The position numbers and the translations under genes were made by a program. Under the pieces are notes generated by a model, which saw only the letters and a list, made by a program, of their open reading frames with translations, ran no database searches and was not told the DNA's origin. This document shows, piece by piece, positions 25,494-34,311 of a stretch of DNA of 37,431 nucleotides. This DNA is from an uncultured Paraburkholderia sp. (GTDB lineage Bacteria > Pseudomonadota > Gammaproteobacteria > Burkholderiales > Burkholderiaceae), in NCBI GenBank assembly GCA_937917025.1, contig CALFSF010000220.1:1-37431 (forward strand), given 5' to 3'. Position 1 is the first letter of the stretch, and the number at the start of each line of letters is the position of its first letter.

Positions 25494-25509
25494 TGGCTGA
25501 TGGATTGCT
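25494..25509 (+). promoter_or_regulatory. Putative sigma54 (-24/-12) promoter of tauABC
   Basis: TGGCTGATGGATTGCT: TGGC-N7-TTGCT with exact GG-N10-GC spacing, about 45 bp before the tauA ATG. Confidence 0.6.
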
Positions 25510-25553
25510 TATAGTTGGCGCCTGACCATATCTGACAAGGACCGGGGTCCCCG

Positions 25554-26576
25554 ATGAAACCACTGCTCTCCTCGCTGCGAACCGCCGCTGCCGGCGTCGC
25601 TCTTTTCGCCATGGCGGCCGGCATGGCGCATGCCGAATCACGCGAAGTCGTGATCGGCTATCAGGACATGGTCGTTCCATGGCGATACGCGCAGGTGAGC
25701 GGTGCAGTCGAAAAAGCGACCGGCTACAAGGTGACCTACCGCAAGCTCGCGGGCGGCGCCGACGTGATCCGCGCACTGGCATCGGGCTCGATCCAGCTCG
25801 GCGAGGCCGGCTCCAGTCCGATCGCGGCAGGACTGTCGCAAGGCGTGGACGTCTCGCTGTTCTGGATTCTCGACAACATCAACGACGCGGAAGCGCTGGT
25901 TGCACGAGACGGTTCGGGCGTGACGAAGCTGACCGACCTCAAGGGCCACAAGATTGGCCTGCCGTTCGTCTCGACTTCGCACTTCCACGCCCTCGTTGCG
26001 CTGCAGGATGCCGGCGTGGACCCGTCGACCGTGAAGATCCTCAACCTGCGCCCGCCCGAAGTCGCGGCGGCGTGGGAGCGCGGCGACATCGACGCGACAT
26101 ACATCTGGGATCCGGTTCTCGCGAAGGTGAAGAAGAACGGCAAGGTGCTGATCACATCGGGACAGGTCGCGAGGGAATCGGGCAAGGCGACCTTCGACGG
26201 CTTCGTGGTGAATCGCAAGTTCGCGCAGGATAACAGCGCGTTTCTCGTCGGTCTCGTGAAGGTGCTGGCCGATACGGACGCCCAGTATCGCGATCACAAA
26301 TCCGCGTGGGTGGCGGGGTCGAAGGAAGTCGAAGGCGTGGCGAAGGAATCGGGCTCGAATGCCGCCGACGTCCCCGGGAGCCTCGCGCTCTACGCGTTCC
26401 CGACGCTCGCCGAGCAGGCTTCGCCCACGTGGCTTGGCGGTGGCGCGCAGAGCGGCGCGGCGAAGTCGCTGGCGGCGACGGCGGCATTCCTCAAGTCGCA
26501 GGGCACGATCCAGAACGTGCTGCCCGACTATTCGGCGGGCGTCGACCCCCACTTCGTGCAGCAAGCATCGAAATGA
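25554..26576 (+). CDS. tauA: Taurine ABC transporter substrate-binding protein
   Basis: [26 protein letters not shown] and [16 protein letters not shown] motifs. Confidence 0.92.
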   Translation: MKPLLSSLRTAAAGVALFAMAAGMAHAESREVVIGYQDMVVPWRYAQVSGAVEKATGYKVTYRKLAGGADVIRALASGSIQLGEAGSSPIAAGLSQGVDVSLFWILDNINDAEALVARDGSGVTKLTDLKGHKIGLPFVSTSHFHALVALQDAGVDPSTVKILNLRPPEVAAAWERGDIDATYIWDPVLAKVKKNGKVLITSGQVARESGKATFDGFVVNRKFAQDNSAFLVGLVKVLADTDAQYRDHKSAWVAGSKEVEGVAKESGSNAADVPGSLALYAFPTLAEQASPTWLGGGAQSGAAKSLAATAAFLKSQGTIQNVLPDYSAGVDPHFVQQASK

Positions 26577-27367
26577 GCACGCTCGAGATCCGCGGCCTTG
26601 GCGTGACCTACGAGGGTGCCTCGACGGCCGCCCTCGAAGGCGTCGATCTGCGGATCGAGAGCGGCGAGTTCGTCGTCGCGCTGGGCGCTTCGGGATGCGG
26701 CAAGACAACCCTGCTGAACTGTCTGGCGGGCTTCATCGATCCGACGACGGGCGTCGCCCGGCTGAACGGCGAACCGATCACGGGCCCTGGCGCGGAACGC
26801 GGTGTCGTGTTCCAGAAGTACGCGCTGATGCCATGGCTCGACGTGCTCGACAACGTCGCGCTCGGGCTGCGCTTCCAGGGCGTCGGGCGCACCCGCCGGC
26901 GCGAGATCGCGCGTGAAATGCTGACGCTCGTCGGCCTCGACAGTCACGCCGATGCACGCGTATACGCCCTTTCCGGCGGCATGCAGCAGCGGGTGGGCAT
27001 CGCCCGTGCGCTTGCCAGCGATCCGCTCGTCCTGCTGATGGACGAACCGATGGGCGCGCTCGATGCGCTCACCCGCGAATCGATGCAGGAACTCGTGCTC
27101 GACGTCTGGGGCCGCACGCGCAAGACCATTTTCTTCATCACGCACAGTGTTGAAGAAGCGCTCTTTCTCGCCACGCGACTGGTCCTGATGACACCCGGCC
27201 CGGGTCGCATCGCCGAAAGCCATCAGTTACCGTTCGCGCGCCAGTTCCTCGCATCGCGCGATGCCCGCGCGGTGAAGTCGTCGCCGGAATTCATCCAGTG
27301 GCGCGAGCGCCTCCTGCGCCACCTGCACGGCGAACCGCGCGCGGCACGCGAAACGGCATTGTCATGA
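26573..27367 (+). CDS. tauB: Taurine ABC transporter ATP-binding protein
   Basis: [23 protein letters not shown] and [16 protein letters not shown] motifs. Confidence 0.92.
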   Translation: MSTLEIRGLGVTYEGASTAALEGVDLRIESGEFVVALGASGCGKTTLLNCLAGFIDPTTGVARLNGEPITGPGAERGVVFQKYALMPWLDVLDNVALGLRFQGVGRTRRREIAREMLTLVGLDSHADARVYALSGGMQQRVGIARALASDPLVLLMDEPMGALDALTRESMQELVLDVWGRTRKTIFFITHSVEEALFLATRLVLMTPGPGRIAESHQLPFARQFLASRDARAVKSSPEFIQWRERLLRHLHGEPRAARETALS

Positions 27368-28215
27368 GTTCAATCGATTCGTTGCAGTCATCTCCCACCG
27401 TGACGCGCGTGGCCGCGCGTCGCAAGCCCCGGCGCGGCCTGCCGGGAGAAGGTCCGACAGCGGCGCTGAGCGTCGTGTCTGTCATCGCCATCGCGCTGTT
27501 GTGGTGGACGGCGACGTCGTTTCGCTGGGTGCCGCCGCTGTTCCTGCCCTCGCCGCAGGCAGTATGGTCCGCATTCGTCGACGCATGGAACGGGCGCATC
27601 CAGGGCGGCCTGCCGCTCTCGCAGCACCTGATGTGGAGCGCCATCCGCGTGTTCGGCGCATTTGCGCTCGCGAGCCTGACGGCGGTCCCGACCGGCATCC
27701 TGATGGGCGTAAGCCGGATCGCGCGCGGCCTGCTCGATCCGCCGCTCGAGTTCTATCGTCCGTTGCCGCCGCTCGCGTATTTACCGCTGGTCGTCATCTG
27801 GTTCGGTATCGATGAAACCGCGAAGCTGATCGTGATCTACCTCGCGTGCTTCGCCCCCATCGCGATGGCCGCGCGCGCCGGCGTTCGCAGCGCGACGGCC
27901 GAGCAGGTCAACGCCGCGTATTCGCTCGGCGGCAGCTTCGCTCAGGTCGTCCGGCATGTTGTGTTGCCCGCAGCGTTGCCGGAAATCCTGACCGGCCTGC
28001 GGATCGCGATCGGCTTCGGCTGGACGACGCTCGTCGCCGCCGAAATGGTCGCGGCGACGGCCGGGCTCGGTCAGATGGTGCTCAACGCATCGAGCTTCCT
28101 GCGCACCGACGTCGTCGTGATGGGCATCGTGCTGATCGGCCTGATCGCGTGGACCTTCGACCTCGGCATGCGCGCGCTCGAACGGCGTCTGGTGCCGTGG
28201 CGCGGGAAAGTGTGA
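27364..28215 (+). CDS. tauC: Taurine ABC transporter permease
   Basis: [29 protein letters not shown] and C-terminal LVPWRGK. Confidence 0.92.
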   Translation: MSSIDSLQSSPTVTRVAARRKPRRGLPGEGPTAALSVVSVIAIALLWWTATSFRWVPPLFLPSPQAVWSAFVDAWNGRIQGGLPLSQHLMWSAIRVFGAFALASLTAVPTGILMGVSRIARGLLDPPLEFYRPLPPLAYLPLVVIWFGIDETAKLIVIYLACFAPIAMAARAGVRSATAEQVNAAYSLGGSFAQVVRHVVLPAALPEILTGLRIAIGFGWTTLVAAEMVAATAGLGQMVLNASSFLRTDVVVMGIVLIGLIAWTFDLGMRALERRLVPWRGKV

Positions 28216-28231
28216 AAAAGACGCCCGTCGT

Positions 28232-30472
28232 CTAGGCCGGTTCCGCAACGGCCAGCCGCCGCGCCTCGGCGAGCGCACCCGCCAGATCGAGCCGCAGCGA
28301 CGCATACGCGGCCCGCTTCACGTCGTCGGGCAGCGTCCAGTCCCACTTTTCGTTATCGACGTTCTGGATCGTCTGCAACGCGGCCGTGGTTTCGGATGGC
28401 GTCATCGTCGCGATCCGCTGCAACGCGTCTCGCACCGTGCCGGTCCCCGAAGCGCGGACACTGACCGCCGGCCCCTGATTCCACGCGTCGAGACCCTGCG
28501 CGCGAAGCAGCACGACGAGCGCATCGTTCAGCCAGTCGCCGGACCACGTCGCGAGCATCACGCTGCTGCCCGCGACGAAGACCGACTGCGTCGCGAGGTT
28601 CGACGAAACGAAATAACGCCGCGCCTCGTCGAGCAGCATCTGCGCCCTGGCATCAAGAAACGCGACCGGCTCCGTTTCCGCGAGCACGCGGTGCATCTCG
28701 CGCCGCACTTCGTCGTGGACCCGCGCGCCCGCGCCGTCGAAAACGGGCGGCGCACCGCCGCGATCCGGATGAACGAACACACGCTTCTTTTCCGCGTCGA
28801 CGTCCTCCACGCGCCAGCGCTGCCCGGCGAAAATGATGCTCTGCCCGGGCGTGAGCGGATGCGAAACCGGCAGCGAACCCAGGGGCCGGTTGCCGGCGAT
28901 CACGCTGAACTCGTCGTCGCTCGAAAACGACGCGTAGAACGCGTAGTGATTCACGAGCCGCTCGCCCGCGACGCCGTGCAGCAGCAAGCCACCCTGCTCC
29001 TGCACGATCAGGTCCCTGCCGCCGAGGCTACGCAGGATCGCCGCGAACGTGGGCTTGTCGATCGTGTCGAACGGGCCGTCCACGACGAGCGTTTGCCACA
29101 GGTCGCTCGCCGTGGCGCCGCCGCGCTCCGCGATGATCGACAGGATCTGCTGCACGAGCGTCGATGGATGCAACCCGCCCGCGCGCGGAGGCTCGAACCA
29201 GCGCTTCAAAAGCAGCCGCACCATGGCGATCGATTGCACGAGACCTTCGCGCAGCCGGTCTGACAGATCGGAGTCGTCGCGCAGTTCCGCCTCGACGCAG
29301 TAGCAGCGCAGGATCGCCGCTTCGCCCTTGCGGCGTCCCGAGCGTCCCAGACGCTGCCGCAGGCTCGCCACCGACGGCGGCGGTCCGATCTGCGCGACGC
29401 TCTTCACGGCGCCGATGTCGATGCCGAGTTCGAGCGTTGTCGTACACACCGCGCTCGCGGGCCGGTCGCCGGCCTTCAACGCCCGCTCGGTTTCCTCGCG
29501 CAGTTCCTTCGAAAGACTGCCGTGATGCGGCCAGAATTCGTTCGGATAGCCGTCGCGCTCGCACGCGCGACGCAGCAGGCTCGCGTAGTTTTCCACCAGC
29601 CGGCGGCTGTTCGGAAAGATCAGGTTGTTCGAGCCACGCAGCGCGCGATAGATCTGGCTGGCGACTTCGAGCGTGCTGCCGGGCACGTCGTCTTCGAGCG
29701 CGGGACGCTCGCCAGGCGCGAGATCGAAATCGAGCCGCGCGCCCGTTTCGACGAATCCCTTGATCAGCACCTTCAGTTCCTGCCCCGCGCTGCCGGACTC
29801 GATGATCTCGACGGGCCGCTTCGCCCGCGCGCGCAAAAAGCGCGCGGCGAGCTGCATGTCGCCGAGCGTCGCCGAGAGACCCACGCGCGGCACGGACCGG
29901 CCGCACACATGATCAACGCGCGCCATCAGCGACTGCAACTGCATGCCGCGTTCGGCGCCGATGAACGCGTGCAGTTCGTCGACGACCACATAGCGCAGCG
30001 TGCTGAAAATCGCCGCGAGCGACGCGCCCCGGTTGACGAACAACGCCTCGAGCGATTCAGGCGTGATCAGCAGCACGCCTGCTGAATGCTTCAGGAAGCG
30101 CTGCTTGCGGCCAGCGGATACGTCGCCATGCCAGCCTGTCACGGGAATGTCGAGCGACTCGCACAGCTGCTCCAGACGCGACCACTGGTCGTTGATCAGC
30201 GCCTTCAGCGGGCTCACGTACAGCACCGAGCCGACGCAACGTGCGTCGCGCAGCAGGTTCGACAGGATCGGCAAGAACGCCGCCTCGGTCTTGCCGGCGG
30301 CCGTGGCCGCCGCGATGATGACGTCGCGGTCCGCCTCGATCAGTGCGGGCACCGCGCGCTCCTGCGCGTCGCGCAGTTCCGTCCAGCCTTCGCGCCAGAT
30401 CCAGCGGCGGATCCGCTCGTCGAGCAGGTCGAAACTGCGTGACTCAGTTGAGCCGGAAACTGGTGAGCTCAT
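28232..30472 (-). CDS. sngC: Lhr-like DEAD/DEAH-box helicase, Shango SngC-like
   Basis: AATAAGKTEAA, SPLKALINDQ, DELH, GLSAT, TLELGIDIG and QRLGRSGR motifs. Confidence 0.85.
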   Translation of the reverse strand: MSSPVSGSTESRSFDLLDERIRRWIWREGWTELRDAQERAVPALIEADRDVIIAAATAAGKTEAAFLPILSNLLRDARCVGSVLYVSPLKALINDQWSRLEQLCESLDIPVTGWHGDVSAGRKQRFLKHSAGVLLITPESLEALFVNRGASLAAIFSTLRYVVVDELHAFIGAERGMQLQSLMARVDHVCGRSVPRVGLSATLGDMQLAARFLRARAKRPVEIIESGSAGQELKVLIKGFVETGARLDFDLAPGERPALEDDVPGSTLEVASQIYRALRGSNNLIFPNSRRLVENYASLLRRACERDGYPNEFWPHHGSLSKELREETERALKAGDRPASAVCTTTLELGIDIGAVKSVAQIGPPPSVASLRQRLGRSGRRKGEAAILRCYCVEAELRDDSDLSDRLREGLVQSIAMVRLLLKRWFEPPRAGGLHPSTLVQQILSIIAERGGATASDLWQTLVVDGPFDTIDKPTFAAILRSLGGRDLIVQEQGGLLLHGVAGERLVNHYAFYASFSSDDEFSVIAGNRPLGSLPVSHPLTPGQSIIFAGQRWRVEDVDAEKKRVFVHPDRGGAPPVFDGAGARVHDEVRREMHRVLAETEPVAFLDARAQMLLDEARRYFVSSNLATQSVFVAGSSVMLATWSGDWLNDALVVLLRAQGLDAWNQGPAVSVRASGTGTVRDALQRIATMTPSETTAALQTIQNVDNEKWDWTLPDDVKRAAYASLRLDLAGALAEARRLAVAEPA

Positions 30473-31742
30473 CGTCGCTGTCGGTTGCGATGTCCGCTGC
30501 GCCGCCGGTGTCGCGCTCGACTTCGAGCCCGCCGATCAGCTGACGCCAGTTCGCATCGGGATTCTGTTCCAGCACGGCAAGCAGGTTGATGAACGCGGTG
30601 ATCGTGGTGCGCGGCGTGCGGAAATACGCTTCGCCAAGGCGCGCGGCGGCATGCGCCATGAAATCCTGGATCGCCTCGACAGGCAGGAGCGCCCTGCTGG
30701 CATCGCCGAACGCGTGGACGATGCGGATCTTGTCGAGCAGCACGTAAAAATCCTCGGGCGTGAGGCTCGCGAGACGGATCACCGGGCCGCTATAGTCGAC
30801 GAGTCCGTTCGTCGCGAACGTGTTTTCCGCAAGCCGCGACTGCAGCGCCGGATAGCTGTAGAGACCGCGCCGCGTGTCGAGCAGGAATTCCGGCGTGCCG
30901 CCCAGCACGAAACCGAGCCCCGCCGCCGAGCCCTGCAGCGAGTCGTTGAGAATGCGCAGGATCTGTTCGTAGTTCGCGTTTCGCGCCTGCACGTTCGCGA
31001 GCTTGTAGAGGTTGACCAGTTCGTCGAGGCACACCATCAGGCCGCTATAGCCGGCCATCCGCACGAAGCGTCCGAGCAGCTTCAGCTGGTCGTACATGCT
31101 GGCATCGTCGACGATCGTGCGCACGCCCAGCGCGTTGCGTGCATCGGTGCGCGTCGAGAATTCGCCGCGCAGCCAGCGCACCGCATCGCTTTTCAGCTGC
31201 TCGTTGCCTTCCTCGAAACCCCGGCAGTACGCCGCGATCACGTCCGCGAAATCGTAGCCGTTGACCATCTCGGTCAGCTGGCCGAGTTGCGCGCGGATCA
31301 CGGCTTCGCTCGTGCGGCCCGTCGCTTTCGCTTCGGTCTTGGCCTGGCCGATAAACTTTTCGACGACGCCCGCCAGCGCCCCGCCTTCGGGCTTCGTGCG
31401 CGTCGCCATGTTCTTGACGAGTTCCGCATAGAGCGAGCGCGCCTGTCCGCCGGACGCATGCAGGCGCCGGTCGGGATTCAGGTCGGCGTGGACGGTGACG
31501 AGCTTTTTCTCCAGCGCGATCGCGCGAACCAGGTTCAGAAAAAACGTCTTGCCCGCGCCGTATTCGCCGACCACGATGCGAAAGCTCGAGCCGCCATCGG
31601 CGACCCGTTCCACGTCCTGCAACAGCGCTTCGAGTTCACGCGCGCGGCCCACCTGAATCAGATGCTGCCCGGCGCGCGGCACGACGCCGGCGCGCAGGGA
31701 CTGCAGGACCGCATCGCGGTCCCTCGGGCGAATCGTTGTCAT
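30444..31742 (-). CDS. sngB: DUF2791 (BrxD-like) P-loop ATPase, Shango SngB-like
   Basis: SLRAGVVP, Walker A GEYGAGKT, Walker B LMVCLDE and YSYPALQSRL; ATGA-coupled to the TerB gene. Confidence 0.88.
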   Translation of the reverse strand: MTTIRPRDRDAVLQSLRAGVVPRAGQHLIQVGRARELEALLQDVERVADGGSSFRIVVGEYGAGKTFFLNLVRAIALEKKLVTVHADLNPDRRLHASGGQARSLYAELVKNMATRTKPEGGALAGVVEKFIGQAKTEAKATGRTSEAVIRAQLGQLTEMVNGYDFADVIAAYCRGFEEGNEQLKSDAVRWLRGEFSTRTDARNALGVRTIVDDASMYDQLKLLGRFVRMAGYSGLMVCLDELVNLYKLANVQARNANYEQILRILNDSLQGSAAGLGFVLGGTPEFLLDTRRGLYSYPALQSRLAENTFATNGLVDYSGPVIRLASLTPEDFYVLLDKIRIVHAFGDASRALLPVEAIQDFMAHAAARLGEAYFRTPRTTITAFINLLAVLEQNPDANWRQLIGGLEVERDTGGAADIATDSDDELTSFRLN

Positions 31743-33988
31743 GCTGCGAGCCTTTGTGCCAGATCCTGATTGATTTCCACGGGGTCCTCCCCGTCCGTGA
31801 GCGGCTCGTCCCAGTGATCGAGCGACGCCTCGTTGACCTGTTCGATCGCGCCGTCGAGCATCAGTTCGAGGTCCGCCGCGGCGTCGGCGAGTTCGGCGCG
31901 CGTCCACGCCGGACGTGACACCAGAAGCCGCAGGAACGTCGAATGCGCGTCGTCGAGACCGAGCAGGGCGTCGGGCGCCGCCATGATCTCTTCCGGCTCT
32001 TCCGGCCCGGCGGCTTCCCGCGGGTTCGACGCATCGACCGGCACGGCCGGCTGCTCTTCGACGAACACGTCCGCAAGCATCGCCGACACGCGCGCGGTTT
32101 CGTGCTGAAGCGCGGCAATCCGCGCGGTATCGAGTACAAGTTCCGCGCCTGTCGAACGTGCGTCCGGGGCGGCCTCTTTCGATACCGGTCTTCCCGGATT
32201 TCCCGGCTTCGCCGCACCGGCGGCGCGCGCGCCACGCGGCGAACCCGACGCGACACTCGCACCCTGATGCAGATCGATATAGAGACGCTGCGGGTCGAGA
32301 TCAAGCATGCGGTAGATCTTTTCCAGCAGCTTCACCTCTTCGCGTGAGACCGTGCCGTCCGCGTTCGCGGTCTGCACGAGAAAACACGCGATCGCTTTCT
32401 TGACCGCGGCGGGCAGCGGTTCGAGCTTCTTCTTCAAACCCGCGCCGGGCGCGGCCTGCGCGAGCTGCACCAGATTTCTCGCCTTCAGGCGTGTTTGCTG
32501 GAGCGCTTCGAGATGCGACCATGCGTCGATTTCCCGCTCGATCAGCGCGATTTCCGCCGCCGATGCGCTGCCGTCCGCCGTCGCCACCGCCGCGGCGAGA
32601 TCGACCATCAAGGTCGCGACGACGTACGCATCGTCGGTATGCGCGAGCGCAACGCTCGCGGGTGCGGCGAAAAGCGCGACGGCATCGTCGGGTTTCGGCG
32701 TGCGCGCGCCAAGCCGCACGTCCGGTTCGAGCGCGACACCCGCCTGTGACAGCGCGGCGTTGAACGACGCCATCCTGTCGCGCGTGAGTGTGCCCATCAC
32801 CTTGAAGCGCGCGAAGAGCGCGCCGAACGTGGTCACCGTCGTCGTGTCCGCCACGTCGCTGGCGAGCGCGGCAAGCGCATCGCGCGTCGCATCGGGCCAC
32901 ACGTCGGGCGGCAACATCAGCGTCGCTTCGAGCGAGCCGTACGCATCCGGATTGCGGGCCAGATAGCGGCTGAACGCGCCGAGCGCGTCGGCGGATTCGT
33001 TCATCAGCAGTTGCAGCCGGTTGCGCGGCCCGGTGACCGCGGCGACGTCCGGCAGCCCGAGCAGAAACCCCGGCAGCGGCACGTTCTGAAGCGCCTTGAA
33101 CGCGGGTTGCGGCAGCACGTTGAGCCGCGTGCGGTTCACCGGCACCAGCATGCCCTCCTGAAAACGCTCGCGATACCTGCGCATGAAGACGCGGTGGAAC
33201 TCGTCCGGACAGCGCGCCACGGCCGCGCGGCGGATCATCATCGGATCGAGCTTGACCCACGCGAGCGCCCAGCCGGCCGGCACCGGATGACGGTCGAGCG
33301 CCGCCTGGCCGAACGCCACGCGCACGTTCAGCGGCACCTGATAACCGGTCGCCGAGCCGTTCGGCGGCTTCCGGTCGTAGACCTTGCCGGTGCGCGCGGC
33401 CATCAGGTCGATGATGTCGACCAGATTGCGCACATGCCGCTGCCAGGAATAGTCGGCATCGAGGCTGAGCATGCGCTGCAGTTCACGCGTCATCTCGCCG
33501 TATTCGGCTTCGCTGACCTTGCCCGCCGCGCCGTCGATGAGCACGCGCCGCTCGAAGCCGAACAGATGCAGGAACAGGTAGCGGGTATGGATGTCCGATT
33601 TCCGGCGCGGCGACGCGAGCCATTCGAGGTACGTGCGCCGCTCTTCGCCTGACAGCGTCGCGTAGCCAGGCGGCAGGATGCCGATGTCCACCGCGGGATC
33701 GGCCGCCTCCTGCGCGAGCGGGGCGCCGGTATCGACCACGCACGCGTCGACCGGACCCGGGCGCGCCCGCCGAAAATCGCCGACGTAGAAGAAGCCCCGC
33801 CCGATCGACAGGTCGTCGATGTCGACCGTCTCGCCCGGCATGATCCAGCGGGTGGACGATGCCGGGCCGCCCGCGGGGGGCCGGATCCGGTAACTGCCGG
33901 TATTGTCGGGACCGTTCCCGGCTGAAACCGGAACGGTGACCAGCGGCTCCTCGTCGTGTGAGCCCTGGGAGCCGAAAGGATTTGTCAT
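31739..33988 (-). CDS. sngA: TerB-N / TerB / TerB-C domain protein, Shango SngA-like
   Basis: YATLSGEERRTYLEWLA and YLFLHLFGFERR (TerB-N); two ADGxxxxxE TerB motifs; MLDGAIEQVNE (TerB-C). Confidence 0.88.
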   Translation of the reverse strand: MTNPFGSQGSHDEEPLVTVPVSAGNGPDNTGSYRIRPPAGGPASSTRWIMPGETVDIDDLSIGRGFFYVGDFRRARPGPVDACVVDTGAPLAQEAADPAVDIGILPPGYATLSGEERRTYLEWLASPRRKSDIHTRYLFLHLFGFERRVLIDGAAGKVSEAEYGEMTRELQRMLSLDADYSWQRHVRNLVDIIDLMAARTGKVYDRKPPNGSATGYQVPLNVRVAFGQAALDRHPVPAGWALAWVKLDPMMIRRAAVARCPDEFHRVFMRRYRERFQEGMLVPVNRTRLNVLPQPAFKALQNVPLPGFLLGLPDVAAVTGPRNRLQLLMNESADALGAFSRYLARNPDAYGSLEATLMLPPDVWPDATRDALAALASDVADTTTVTTFGALFARFKVMGTLTRDRMASFNAALSQAGVALEPDVRLGARTPKPDDAVALFAAPASVALAHTDDAYVVATLMVDLAAAVATADGSASAAEIALIEREIDAWSHLEALQQTRLKARNLVQLAQAAPGAGLKKKLEPLPAAVKKAIACFLVQTANADGTVSREEVKLLEKIYRMLDLDPQRLYIDLHQGASVASGSPRGARAAGAAKPGNPGRPVSKEAAPDARSTGAELVLDTARIAALQHETARVSAMLADVFVEEQPAVPVDASNPREAAGPEEPEEIMAAPDALLGLDDAHSTFLRLLVSRPAWTRAELADAAADLELMLDGAIEQVNEASLDHWDEPLTDGEDPVEINQDLAQRLAA

Positions 33989-34233
33989 GGAATAACAGGC
34001 TTGCGAGCCTTGTGCGAAGTGAATGCAGGCGCAGCATGGGCGCGGGCGTCCGATCTGCTTCGCCCTCGCCCTCTTTCCTTTCGTTTCCTTTCGTCGTGCC
34101 CTTGCCTGCCTCGCCCGATGCGCTTCGGCCGGGACCTGCCTTGGGGTTAGCCGTTGATTATATTACGGGTTCCAGCGCCGCGAAGGACGTGCGCGAAGCC
34201 GCGTCCCTCGCCCGATACCGTCAGCAAAAACAA

Positions 34234-34270
34234 GGCCCGCGCCCGGCCGGATGATGGCGAGGCGCGGGCC
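34234..34270 (-). terminator. Rho-independent terminator of the GGDEF/EAL gene
   Basis: ggcccgcgcc...ggcgcgggcc 10-bp stem, followed on the minus strand by ttgtttttg. Confidence 0.6.
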
Positions 34271-34311
34271 CGTCCGGCGCCCGTGGCGTGCCAGACCTGG
34301 CGTTGCCGGTT

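Noticed and set aside
25461-25515. Fifth copy of the shared sulfur promoter, or an NtrC site, before tauA
   Set aside because: The cgaacca core sits 22 bp rather than 18 bp from TATAGT and the rest of the box does not match; the TGCAC half-site is weak and too close to the sigma54 element.
28232-31742. BREX system (BrxD plus helicase)
   Set aside because: No pglZ, brxC or pglX; the TerB partner indicates a Shango-type system.
31739-33988. Tellurite-resistance ter operon
   Set aside because: No terA, terC, terD or terZ; TerB is one domain of a large defence-type protein.
34050-34110. Short tandem repeats (tcgccc x2, tttcctttcg x2) as a CRISPR or VNTR
   Set aside because: Only two short units each with no spacers; no CRISPR array, tRNA or rRNA was seen anywhere in the window.
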